This document shows, one piece after another, positions 10,635 through 21,562 of a DNA stretch of 64,000 bases (the stretch's first letter is position 1; each line of letters opens with the position of its first letter). The stretch is from the NCBI RefSeq assembly GCF_024502345.1, contig NZ_JALDNN010000001.1, one strand, 5' to 3'. The DNA is from Escherichia coli (GTDB lineage Bacteria; Pseudomonadota; Gammaproteobacteria; Enterobacterales; Enterobacteriaceae). A program made the translations under genes and the position numbers. The notes beneath the pieces were generated by a model. It was not told the DNA's origin and made no database searches. It saw nothing but the letters and a program-made list of their open reading frames with translations.

Positions 10635-11204
10635 TCAGCCGTTGATCGGGATCGAGCGGCCCTGCTTGGGCGCACTGGCCTCGCGCTTTTCCATTGTGAT
10701 CGTGAGTACGCCGTTCTTGAAAGCGGCCTTGATCGTGTCCTGGTTGGCATCGGTCGGCAGGTTCAGAGCGCGCTGAAAGCTGCCGTAGGAGCGCTCCACC
10801 CGGTGGAAACCGCCGTCTTTGCTTTCCTGCTCCTGACGCTTTTCACCGCGAACCAGCAGCACGTCGTTGTCGAGCGTGATATGGATGTCTTTTTCCTCGA
10901 CGCCGGGAACCTCCAAAGAAATCTTGTACTGCTTGTCGGTCTCCTGGATGTCCAGCGCCGGCTTCAGCAGGCCCGGCCAGTCCGACGGCCAGCGTGGCAT
11001 GGCCAGCGCCGGAAAGCCGAAGCCTCGAAACGTGTCGTCGAAGAGGCGGTCGATCTCGCGGTGCAATTGCAGGATGGGACTGACGGGCCCACCCGCTACC
11101 GGCAGGTCATTGCGCTGCACCGGCAGCGAGGCAGTGCTCTGTTGTTCTTCCTGCTCCTTCTTGAACCAGTTCCAGGGAGCCAACTTCTTGAAATCAATGT
11201 CCAT
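10635..11204 (-). CDS. Small heat shock protein Hsp20 (sHsp20)
   Basis: Alpha-crystallin domain (DIQETDKQYKISLEVPGV...GVLTITMEK); GGAGG RBS before internal ATG (MDIDFKK). Confidence 0.85.
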   Translation of the reverse strand: MDIDFKKLAPWNWFKKEQEEQQSTASLPVQRNDLPVAGGPVSPILQLHREIDRLFDDTFRGFGFPALAMPRWPSDWPGLLKPALDIQETDKQYKISLEVPGVEEKDIHITLDNDVLLVRGEKRQEQESKDGGFHRVERSYGSFQRALNLPTDANQDTIKAAFKNGVLTITMEKREASAPKQGRSIPING

Positions 11205-11239
11205 GTCACACCTCCAGAACAAAAATTGAAGACTCTCGC

Positions 11240-11521
11240 TCACTCCGTTTGCCTGCGGCTATGGATAGCGCGCCCAGGCAACACGGGATGTTTCGCTGAC
11301 TTCGGCTGCTCATCTGTACGTATCACCTCCTTCTTTCTGCCTGCTTGGATCTGATCATTGATCCATCGATCGATTTCACTTTGACGAAACCGCCACGTCC
11401 CGCCGACCTTGAAGGCCGGAATCTCCCCGTGCGCGGCGAGCCGGTAGAGCGTCCGCTTGCCGACCTTTAAGTAGGTAGCCAACTCGTCGAGTGTGAAGAT
11501 CGCCTGCTGGCGCGCTGTCAT
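11240..11521 (-). CDS. Small HTH DNA-binding protein (AlpA/excisionase/MerR-like), first gene of the heat-resistance locus
   Basis: Motif LDELATYLKVGKRTLYRLAAHGEIPAFKVGGTWRF typical of HTH_17/excisionase-type regulators; 4-nt overlap with sHsp20 ORF. Confidence 0.6.
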   Translation of the reverse strand: MTARQQAIFTLDELATYLKVGKRTLYRLAAHGEIPAFKVGGTWRFRQSEIDRWINDQIQAGRKKEVIRTDEQPKSAKHPVLPGRAIHSRRQTE

Positions 11522-12028
11522 ACCACCCCCACAAGTTCCGTCGTCACGCGGCCTCGCCTGAGGAAGTTCTTGCAAGACTTTGCAAGATATTGCGCCTAAT
11601 ATGCCAAAAGTCAAGAGTCAACATCCAGCGATCTGCTGGCCGATTGATGTGACTCAAATCTTCAAGGACGGTATGCCAGGGCGGGCCGGTCCGGCGCAGG
11701 GGACGGTGGGTTGATCGGGACCTTGCGGGCGCCGCCCACGGCCGCAGATCAAACACCGATCCTCACGTTGTAACCGAGCGCCCGCAGCCCCTTGCTCGTG
11801 CGCATGTTCCTTGGCGGAAACTCGTCTGGGCGCGCCCAGCCGACGATTTCCCCGAGGCTGCTCAGGCCAATGTGCGGAATTGCCCAGTCGTCGCTGCGGA
11901 TCGCGTTCCAGAGTCGGGCCGAAAAACCTCCGTTGCCCCAGACAACGTAGTTCAACAGTATCCGTCCTGCCAACACACCTTCCCGACACCGCCGCCGAAG
12001 GCCATGGCCCATCAAGCGGATTTTCCAT

Positions 12029-12399
12029 GCCCCCTCAGCGCCGTACCTACAGCAAATCTTTCAAGGCCCAGGTCATTCAGGAGTGTTCTGAACCCGGTGC
12101 CTCCATCGCAAACATCGCCTTGGGCTACAGCCTCAATGCCAACCTCGTCCACAAATGGATTCGGCTGCATACCCAGAAAACCACGGCTATCCAGCCAGCG
12201 TTCATCCCGTTGCCTTCTCAAATGCTCGGCGCGGGATCGCATGCTCAAGTGCGCTGCTGCGATCATGAGTTTGATCCAGTCGGCCCGTAATAATGGGCAC
12301 GATCCGTATGCCTATCTCAAGGATGTGCTGACACGGTTGCCGACGCAGCGGGCGAGTGAGATTGCAGAGCTGCTGCCGCATAGGTGGCATCCGGCATAG
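12029..12399 (+). mobile_element. IS66-family remnant: OrfA-like HTH fragment fused to a TnpC C-terminal fragment (internally deleted)
   Basis: RRTYSKSFKAQVIQE...NANLVHKWIR transposase-HTH pattern; separate frame ends ...GHDPYAYLKDVLTRLPTQRASEIAELLPHRWHPA like the IS66 TnpC C-terminus; central transposase region absent. Confidence 0.6.
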
Positions 12400-12639
12400 T
12401 CGCGCAAGACGGTCTGCCCGCACGCTTACGTTCAACAGCTCAAGCACCGTCCGCCCTTCGCGGGATCGTTGCCGCCAGAGCCACACGCCGAACTTTTCCA
12501 CCTTGTCGTCGCCGGCCTGCGGTCAGTCAGGCAAGCCCAGGTGCTTGTTTTCCTGCTTGATCGCGTGGTCTCGGATCGCGTGCACCCGGGAAACGGCATC
12601 CACGAACTGCCACCATCTCTTAGCTTGGCGGGGTCAAGC

Positions 12640-14497
<1,858 letters not shown>

Positions 14498-14505
<8 letters not shown>

Positions 14506-16000
14506 TCCATCTTCCTATCAATCGAATGAACGCAGTGGTCAGTGGTGCCACCCTGCTTTTTTCCAATCCACAACGCTTTTCCAGCTCCCAGCGCCTAGAC
14601 GTTATGCCTGTCTGTACATCCTTCAGCATCGCTGCAGTCAGGCGACGGATCTGATACTCGCCGACGGACTCGGCATAGCGATCCAGGAAGGTGCAGCAAA
14701 GAGGCAATTGATCGAGACGGTGCTCGACTGATGCCCGATGGGGTAGCTGCTGCAGGAACCAGTTGCGACTCCTGCGCGGAAGGCCCAGGTCTTCTTCGCT
14801 ACCTCTACCAATCCGGATCAGCAGGCGCACCAACCTTATGTCACGCGCTCGCCAGTCGATGTGGCTGTTGTTGCCCTGTCGGCGCTGCCTGACCTGGTTC
14901 GCAACCATCAGCCAGTGTCGGTCATGACGATAGAGCCAGGCGTAACATGCCCCTGCTCCGTCTTGCCTGGCTGCCTTGGCTCCACCGTGATTAGCCAGTG
15001 CTTGCAGCCAAATGGCTCGGTACTGCTGCTTTTGCTCAAACTCAGCAGGGAGCAGCTGCACTGACCGCTCGGAGGCAAGGTCGACCTGGCGAGTCTTCGC
15101 CTCGCTGATCAGCTCGCCAGCATGCTGGCCAGGGCGCAGGCTGGTCCAGACGATCAGATGCTGCAGCGCACTGAATCCCTTGCGATGCTTCCTGAACATC
15201 GCCAACAGCCAAGGTGGAGGCTCTCCGGATGTCAGCAGACCGTTCGCAGCAAGCCAATCCCTTTGATGGGATGCCAGGATCTTCTCCCAGATGACTTCAG
15301 CCCTGACCTGCCGGCCTCGCCTGGCGCCGCACTCTGTAGCCAGGTACCGGTACAGGTTGGTCCAGCGTCCGTAGCCAGGCGATTGCACCTCTTCGAGCGC
15401 CAGCAGCTGCATAGCAGCCTTGGCGAGCCTGATAGCCTCTTCGCCCACGGGACTCACGCGAAGATCACGGGGCAGAAACAGTGGAGAGGCTGTATGAAAC
15501 TCGTGCCGCTGCGCTCGACGGAACGGGATAGGTGAGTTCAGGAGCTGACAGCCATGCTCGGGACAGGCATCTATCCCTTGAATCTGCCAGCTGCGCCGCC
15601 AGTAGGGTTCACCGTAGCGCGCAGCCATATCTTCAAAGCAGATCGGGCAGTAACGCAGCCAATCGGGCCACTTGACCAAGGCCGTCGAGGCCCCAGACAG
15701 ACCAATCGTCGGCCGGTCGGGAGCAAGCATGGCCTGAAAAAGATCGGTACGGCGCTCCGGCGGAATGAAAGGGGCATAGAGCGGGAACAGCGTGTGATTC
15801 AGGATCATGCCTTCCGCATCCAAGCCCGTGTTGTTCGCCAACGCAGTCAGGTGTGTGGGCAGATCGGTGATCGCGGCAACCTTGCTGTCACCGAAAAGCA
15901 TGTGCAGCAAGGTCTTGTGGCTGCCTATCCCCAGATGTACCCGGCACCGGGCAATACCGCTGTAAAGCAGTTCGTCCGGGTAGAGCCTGGGGAAGTACAT
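14498..16000 (-). CDS. tnsD: TnsD/TniQ-family target-site selection protein
   Basis: 500 aa; N-terminal TniQ-like region (YPDELLYSGIARC) and CPICFED...CPEHGC zinc-finger motif. Confidence 0.75.
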
Positions 16001-16001
16001 G

Positions 16002-17612
16002 TCAGCTCGCTCTCAGCAGAGGCCGTAGATCGAGGATCAAGCCAGCCTGCTTGAATCTGTCATAGGCCTCGCTTTCAGGCCCATCGGCATAACGTCGGCG
16101 CAGATCCTCCTCGGATAGGCACCCCCACTCCGTCCGCTTAACTCTGGAAATGCCGGGCCTCTTGGGAGCGTCCTGCGCGAGGTAGGCCGTGGCCTTGTGA
16201 ATCAGGGCCGCCAGCGGGATGTCCGGATTCTCCGCCAACAATTCATCGGCCATGGGAATGGCGATGTCCCTCGGGATTTCCATACCTTCGAGCAGGGCGG
16301 CCAACCGCTTTGCCTTGTCATCAGCCGGAGGGGCCGGTGGTTTAGGTTGGGGGACGCTATCCAGAGAGCGAGTCAGGGTCAGCAACCGTCCCTCGATCTC
16401 TGGCATCAGCAGGTCGTCATATTTGGCGATCAGCTCGGGCCTACCGCTCCGCAAGGCCGCCAGCATCGGATGGACCGGTTTGAACTCGTCCTCGAAAACC
16501 CTGCGCAGCAACAGCGGCTTAATGCACTCGACACCTGTCACTATCGCCCGGATCTGCGCCAGCGCGAACAGCTTGATGACGATGTCCATGACCCCTTGGG
16601 TGAGGTCGTACATCGTAGCCTCCAGTTCATCATCCAGCGGCGCCGCATTTCGCAGCCACTGATACTTCCAAAGCCGCTTCAACAGACGCTTCCAATGCTC
16701 GTCCCGAGGCAACCTATCCCAGCGGATGCTGCCCAACCCGGAGACCCGCCGAGCAGCCCGGAACGTGCGCTGGAAGAACTTGCTGGCCCGGTGGGTGCCG
16801 ACCTGAATGATCGGAACACCGATGGTGTTCACCAGCGACACGAAGAAATTGTGCATTTTTTCGGCACCACCGGAGCGTGCCTCGTTGAGGTTCTGAACCT
16901 CGTCGATGATCAGCACTCCGAGCGTGTGCAGATTGGCCAGCTGGCACATGGATGCCAGCAGACGTTTGGTACCCAGCTTCTTGCGTCCGTGGCTACGGCT
17001 GTAGTGGGTACCCAGGATCTTGTCTACTTCGTTGAAGAAGCTCAGGCACAGCTCATCCAAGTCACCGTCAATTGGGCAGTCGATCTTCAGGTAGACCAGT
17101 TGGGTGATGTCGTAATCAGGGTGATGGAGAGCTTGGGGGTACATGCCCAGAATCCGCTCCAGCGTGCGCGTCTTGCCGCAACCGGAGCAGCCGAACAGCG
17201 ACAGGCTGTTGGCCGTAGAGGAGACACTCTGGTACACCGCCGCATCCAGATCCTCCTCCTCGACACGGCGATAGCCATTCTGCAGGTGCGCATACCAGGC
17301 ACCGCTGGCCGGATTCCGACCGATGTACCCTTGACGGATCATCAGGCTGATCTTGCTCTCCAGCTCCAAGTGATGGCTCAGCGGCTGGAAGAAGCCGTGC
17401 AACAGGCGGGCAATCGCATGTGCCCTGAGCCGACCATCCAGAAGCGCCTCCTGCGGCTCGAAACCGGGAAGCTGCTGCAATAGATCGACCACCTCCTGCA
17501 GATCAGGAATCGGAGGCAATGCGCTGATGAGCGGATTGTCCTGATACTCGGGAAGCTGCTGCTCCTGGTAACGCGCCAGGGGAATGACTCCGCGCTGGAA
17601 TTCTTCAGTCAT
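16002..17612 (-). CDS. tnsC: TnsC AAA+ transposition regulator
   Basis: 536 aa; Walker A GCSGCGKT; Walker B-like IIDEVQN; placed between tnsB and tnsD. Confidence 0.8.
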   Translation of the reverse strand: MTEEFQRGVIPLARYQEQQLPEYQDNPLISALPPIPDLQEVVDLLQQLPGFEPQEALLDGRLRAHAIARLLHGFFQPLSHHLELESKISLMIRQGYIGRNPASGAWYAHLQNGYRRVEEEDLDAAVYQSVSSTANSLSLFGCSGCGKTRTLERILGMYPQALHHPDYDITQLVYLKIDCPIDGDLDELCLSFFNEVDKILGTHYSRSHGRKKLGTKRLLASMCQLANLHTLGVLIIDEVQNLNEARSGGAEKMHNFFVSLVNTIGVPIIQVGTHRASKFFQRTFRAARRVSGLGSIRWDRLPRDEHWKRLLKRLWKYQWLRNAAPLDDELEATMYDLTQGVMDIVIKLFALAQIRAIVTGVECIKPLLLRRVFEDEFKPVHPMLAALRSGRPELIAKYDDLLMPEIEGRLLTLTRSLDSVPQPKPPAPPADDKAKRLAALLEGMEIPRDIAIPMADELLAENPDIPLAALIHKATAYLAQDAPKRPGISRVKRTEWGCLSEEDLRRRYADGPESEAYDRFKQAGLILDLRPLLRAS

Positions 17613-19692
17613 CCTCTTCCTCCTTGAATATCAGGTCACTGAGATCTGGGAAGGCATAATCTTCCTGCTTCTCGCCCCGCAGTGGGATCACCTCGGCTGG
17701 CTTTTCCTGCTGTGCTTTATCCGGTTTGAATGCTGTTTTCTGGCGTTCCTGGCGCTTTTCCTGCTGCTTGTTCTCGCGGATCTGGGTTCCCAGATCCTTC
17801 GTGGTCATACCCGTTTTGAGCGGACTGGCATCCTCTGCCTGGGCAACGATGGACTCGATCTGCTTCAGAAGATTGCCTCTCTCTACCAAAGCTTCCGCCG
17901 CCGCGTTGGTATCGCTACGCCGTTCCTCTCTGGACAGCAGCCAGACATCCCAGAAGGTCATCCCCCTGAAGCGTCGACTGCGGTCGGCAAGATCGCAAAC
18001 CCAGTAGTCCTTGAGACTATTGGACGGCCGCAGGTAGATGTGGTCGGCGCTACGCGGATCGTATGCGACCGTTACCCCTGTCGGCCGGCGCCCCTGGCCT
18101 CGGTGAAACCAACCCTCCCTGATTGCTTCCTGGCAGGTGTAGAAGCAGCCGAACAGTCTGATTCCCAGCTCCGAAACCGTGGCCGACTCATGGGGCAAGA
18201 GATTTATCCGCACCAGCTCCTCGGGCGCAGTACGTAACCGGCCGGTCAAGTTGGCCAAGCCCCAGTTCCACAGCATGACCGGGATGGCTGGCAGATCGCC
18301 CGGCATACCAGAGGTTCTGTCGTATTTGCTCAAGGTATGAAAGTTGTTGTGGTAGAGGATGCCGGCAATGATGATCTGGGTGAACTCGGGCAAGGTCAGA
18401 CTGGCATCAAGTCTGTAGTCGTGGCCACCCCGCTTCCGGCTGGTGGTGTCCTCGACCACACCGCTGGCATAGGGCTTGAAACGCTCCTGCACCGTCCGGA
18501 AATAACGCTCGACGATCCCCTTGGCATCTCCTCGCCTGGCCGGTGCATTCTCGATGCGAACGCCGAAGGCTTGGGAAAATGCTTCCACCTTGGTGCCATT
18601 CAGTTCGCCCTTATCGGCCAGCACCACATCCGGCAAGCCTTTGACCGGCCAGTCGCTGGCATCGATCTCCACGCTATACTGGCGGCAATACTCAACCTTG
18701 TCGGCGACCGTGTTGGCCAATGCCACCATGGCACTGACCCAGGAAGGTCCCTCGAATCCGACGTACATACCAACGACCATGCGGCTGAACACGTCGATCA
18801 CCATGTAAACGACAGGCCTGCCGACGATAAGGCTGCGATCATGTTCTGAAACCAGATAGATATCGGCGATGGTGGCATCGATCTGGTAGCGGTATCCTGG
18901 CCCCAGTGCCTCGGTCGTCGATGTACTGCTGAGCGGTCGGAAGTCCTTGGCAAAATCCACTGCGGACACCCTGCATGGCAAGGTGTCGGTGAAGTGATAT
19001 TCGCGCCCATAGAAGTAACGGAACTGCCCCAATGTAGGCAGTTCGGAGGTCGGCAGCTCCGTCAGAACAGCACGGAGCAGATTCAGCCCGGCGGCGTAGG
19101 CATCAGGAATGGACGGATGTTTTTCCTTGAGCAAACGTTCCTCGATGACCCGGCGAAAAATGCGCTCGATGTCCGGCGTGACATTGCTCCCTTTCCCCTC
19201 CATCACCACTCTGGGCCTGCCCAGCTTGGCCTGGTTCGGCTTTCTGCGCTTGCCACGGGCGCCCGAGTTGACATAGTCCGGCAAGAGGGCATTCCTGCAC
19301 ATGCCTCGCTGCCAGTAGCGCCTCAGTAACCTATACACCGTCTGATTGGTGACACCATGGCGCTCCATGATGCCTCTGACAATGAGCCCTCTGGGGCGCC
19401 GCACGAAAAGCTGGGGGTTGTGCACAAAATCCGCCAGCATTCCCCAAGCTTCATCACGCTTCTGCTGATCAAGGGAACCTTCCTCAACCTCCCGTAGGAC
19501 TGTTTCCTCGAAGGGATCGGCAATGCTCTCCAGCTCCCGCTCCATGATCAGACGCTCCAGCTCTACAATCGATATCGGTTCGGGCAACGCCGTGTCCGAA
19601 TCGATATCGATCCAGATTGCCTGCTCGGTACCGGACCAAAGCAGGCGCTTTCGCAGTTCCCCCATCCGGAACACCTGATTAACGGGCAACAC
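17605..19692 (-). CDS. tnsB: TnsB DDE transposase (retroviral-integrase-like core)
   Basis: 695 aa; N-terminal HTH, central rve-like core (YQIDATIADIY...VIDVFSRM...), similar in size to Tn7 TnsB. Confidence 0.85.
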   Translation of the reverse strand: MLPVNQVFRMGELRKRLLWSGTEQAIWIDIDSDTALPEPISIVELERLIMERELESIADPFEETVLREVEEGSLDQQKRDEAWGMLADFVHNPQLFVRRPRGLIVRGIMERHGVTNQTVYRLLRRYWQRGMCRNALLPDYVNSGARGKRRKPNQAKLGRPRVVMEGKGSNVTPDIERIFRRVIEERLLKEKHPSIPDAYAAGLNLLRAVLTELPTSELPTLGQFRYFYGREYHFTDTLPCRVSAVDFAKDFRPLSSTSTTEALGPGYRYQIDATIADIYLVSEHDRSLIVGRPVVYMVIDVFSRMVVGMYVGFEGPSWVSAMVALANTVADKVEYCRQYSVEIDASDWPVKGLPDVVLADKGELNGTKVEAFSQAFGVRIENAPARRGDAKGIVERYFRTVQERFKPYASGVVEDTTSRKRGGHDYRLDASLTLPEFTQIIIAGILYHNNFHTLSKYDRTSGMPGDLPAIPVMLWNWGLANLTGRLRTAPEELVRINLLPHESATVSELGIRLFGCFYTCQEAIREGWFHRGQGRRPTGVTVAYDPRSADHIYLRPSNSLKDYWVCDLADRSRRFRGMTFWDVWLLSREERRSDTNAAAEALVERGNLLKQIESIVAQAEDASPLKTGMTTKDLGTQIRENKQQEKRQERQKTAFKPDKAQQEKPAEVIPLRGEKQEDYAFPDLSDLIFKEEEDD

Positions 19693-20506
19693 TGCTCAGC
19701 TCCTGATGCATTTGATGAGAGTTGGCAACCAGGTCTTTCGGCTTCAGCTCCCGGTAAGGAGTGTCAAGATCGAAAAGGAAACAGTGCCGGGCCAGCAACT
19801 GGCGTAGCCAATAGAGCGCCTGACCGGCCTCCAGCTGGCCGGAGGTATCCAGTCCTTGGGCAATAGCGGTCAGCTTCCGGTCTGGGTGACGCTGAAACTC
19901 GAGCAGAAACAGCTGCTGGTAATGGGCGAGATCGTCCTGAGCGATGTCGCCTTCAGCATGGGCAGGATAGAGCCATTGGATATTGGCAAATGCCACCTTG
20001 GATACCTCGCGCTCCGTAACGATGACCCAGGGAATACCTTTTTCCTGCCAGTAGCGCCTTTCAAGCTCAAGCCTCTCGATAACTTCAGGCTTCTGCAGGT
20101 CGGTACTGTACTTGGCCTGAATCGCGATGCTCGGGCGCTGAGGATCTTCGAAATCCACCAGAAAGTCGCTGGTCAGTACCTGCGGGGTACCCTTGTAACA
20201 ACCGTGGGGCAGGCCAAGCTCCTCGGCGATGCGCACCGTATCTTCGACCCGCATCGGAAACTGTTCACGGATATCGGTGACATGGGGAGACCGATCCAAG
20301 GTCAGGAAGATGGCCAGTTCAAGATCGGATAGAAGATGGTGTAAACGCCGGGTCTTGCTGCCAGGCAGGCGGTGGGAGCGACCCAGCGAGGACACGTCCC
20401 TTGTGTAGATGAACGGCTTGTAGTCTGATCCCTGGCCTTGACCACGCCCGTCCTTGAGCCTTCTATCGATCTGGGCCTGGGTCAGCCCCTTGAATGTTCC
20501 AGACAT
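19679..20506 (-). CDS. tnsA: TnsA endonuclease
   Basis: 275 aa; blocks shared with Tn7 TnsA as I recall it (QIxRRxKxGRGQG, GRSHR, HHLLSDLELAxFL, DIREQFP, LELERRYWQ). Confidence 0.9.
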   Translation of the reverse strand: MSGTFKGLTQAQIDRRLKDGRGQGQGSDYKPFIYTRDVSSLGRSHRLPGSKTRRLHHLLSDLELAIFLTLDRSPHVTDIREQFPMRVEDTVRIAEELGLPHGCYKGTPQVLTSDFLVDFEDPQRPSIAIQAKYSTDLQKPEVIERLELERRYWQEKGIPWVIVTEREVSKVAFANIQWLYPAHAEGDIAQDDLAHYQQLFLLEFQRHPDRKLTAIAQGLDTSGQLEAGQALYWLRQLLARHCFLFDLDTPYRELKPKDLVANSHQMHQELSSVAR

Positions 20507-20565
20507 GAGAAAGCCTGCCCCCGCTGTGTCGATGACCTCAACATAGCGGATGCAGGCTCAGAATG

Positions 20566-20626
20566 AAACTTTATTTATACGGATGATACTTTATTTATAC
20601 GGATGAACCTTTATTTGCATCCCACA
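20566..20626. repeat. Tn7-like right-end terminal repeats (putative TnsB binding sites) ending in terminal 5'-TGTGGG on the complementary strand
   Basis: Three tandem about 20-bp repeats: ACTTTATTTATACGGATGA (x2) then CCTTTATTTGCATCCCACA; about 120 bp upstream of tnsA start. Confidence 0.75.
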
Positions 20627-20703
20627 CATTTTACTTAAGGCATAAGCGGTAGAGTTGAGTGATAACCCTTCCATAATTTCATTTTCTAACACACTAATTT
20701 AAT

Positions 20704-21069
20704 TTAGTGTGAATTTCCACTTTTAGTCATTATCGCTATCGCTTCATCGATAGTCGGTATTGTAAAGAGAGAATTCTCTCTACAATCCTTGCGAATAACC
20801 TTCCTGTTTTTTTGAACAGAAATATTTTCGCACCAGGCTAATGTCCCGGTGAAATGCTTTTCTTCCATCCTCATATCTAGAAAAGCAAGTCGATCATTAA
20901 GGGATTGCATATCTTCAGTTACAGTAGAGGGACCTGATTCTAACAGTTCCAGACGGCTTTCCACATCAGCAACCTTGCCTTTAACCTGTGAGACGTCTTC
21001 TGCTAACTTTTCATGTCTGTGGATAGTATCAGCAAGTGCTCGTGAGTTTTGGGCGAATATCTCAGCCAT
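20704..21069 (-). CDS. Hypothetical coiled-coil protein (low-GC module)
   Basis: 121-aa ORF, heptad-like charged/hydrophobic pattern; no recognisable motif. Confidence 0.35.
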   Translation of the reverse strand: MAEIFAQNSRALADTIHRHEKLAEDVSQVKGKVADVESRLELLESGPSTVTEDMQSLNDRLAFLDMRMEEKHFTGTLAWCENISVQKNRKVIRKDCRENSLFTIPTIDEAIAIMTKSGNSH

Positions 21070-21216
21070 TTGCGCTAAGGCAGATCCTTTCGCTTCTGGT
21101 GGAGGTGGGTATATATACCTAATGCTTAGTCAACGACAGTATGACCTCATGGAATAACCATTTTTGAAAGTGCTCACCAGCTGCGCTTCGGTCGCTCGAC
21201 ATGACTCAATACAAAC

Positions 21217-21420
21217 CTAGTTGGAGCTATAACTTTCGCCGTAGGAATTAATGACCATTATTTGGCCAGCATCAACAGGCTGGCCATCTAAAGTAACAAG
21301 TCGTTTAGTTGCACGCTCTGGAAAGATAATATCCTTTGACTGCCTATCTTCTTCAATGTCCTTTAGTACCTTAGCCAAGGAGGTTTTCAATGTTCCATGG
21401 GGCGCATACAAAGAGCACAC
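21217..21420 (-). CDS. Hypothetical small protein (possibly a gene fragment)
   Basis: 67-aa ORF only; low-GC context. Confidence 0.2.
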   Translation of the reverse strand: MCSLYAPHGTLKTSLAKVLKDIEEDRQSKDIIFPERATKRLVTLDGQPVDAGQIMVINSYGESYSSN

Positions 21421-21562
21421 GCCGTCAATGCTATTAATTCTGGTAAAGTCTAACTACTCCACCAGTTTATTGATGCTGTAACAGTTCTCCAGATCCAGTC
21501 CAAGTTTCATTTCGACTTCTTTTTCAAATCGTTCATTTCAAAAAACTGTGAATTAACACAGC

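Larger units (their letters stand above)
1..11620 (-). other. High-GC heat-resistance / protein-quality-control locus (LHR/tLST-like), partial; continues beyond the left edge of the window
   Basis: Contiguous minus-strand genes trx, HPF-like, hdeD-like, yfdX x2, sHsp, ftsH-like, cls, clpK, sHsp20, HTH orf; visibly GC-rich relative to the E. coli backbone; gene set and order match the described locus of heat resistance. Confidence 0.8.

Noticed and set aside
11654-12028. 124-aa and 88-aa minus-strand ORFs upstream of the heat-resistance locus
   Set aside because: Overlap IS-derived plus-strand fragments; translations are R/G/P-rich with no motifs; likely non-coding debris.
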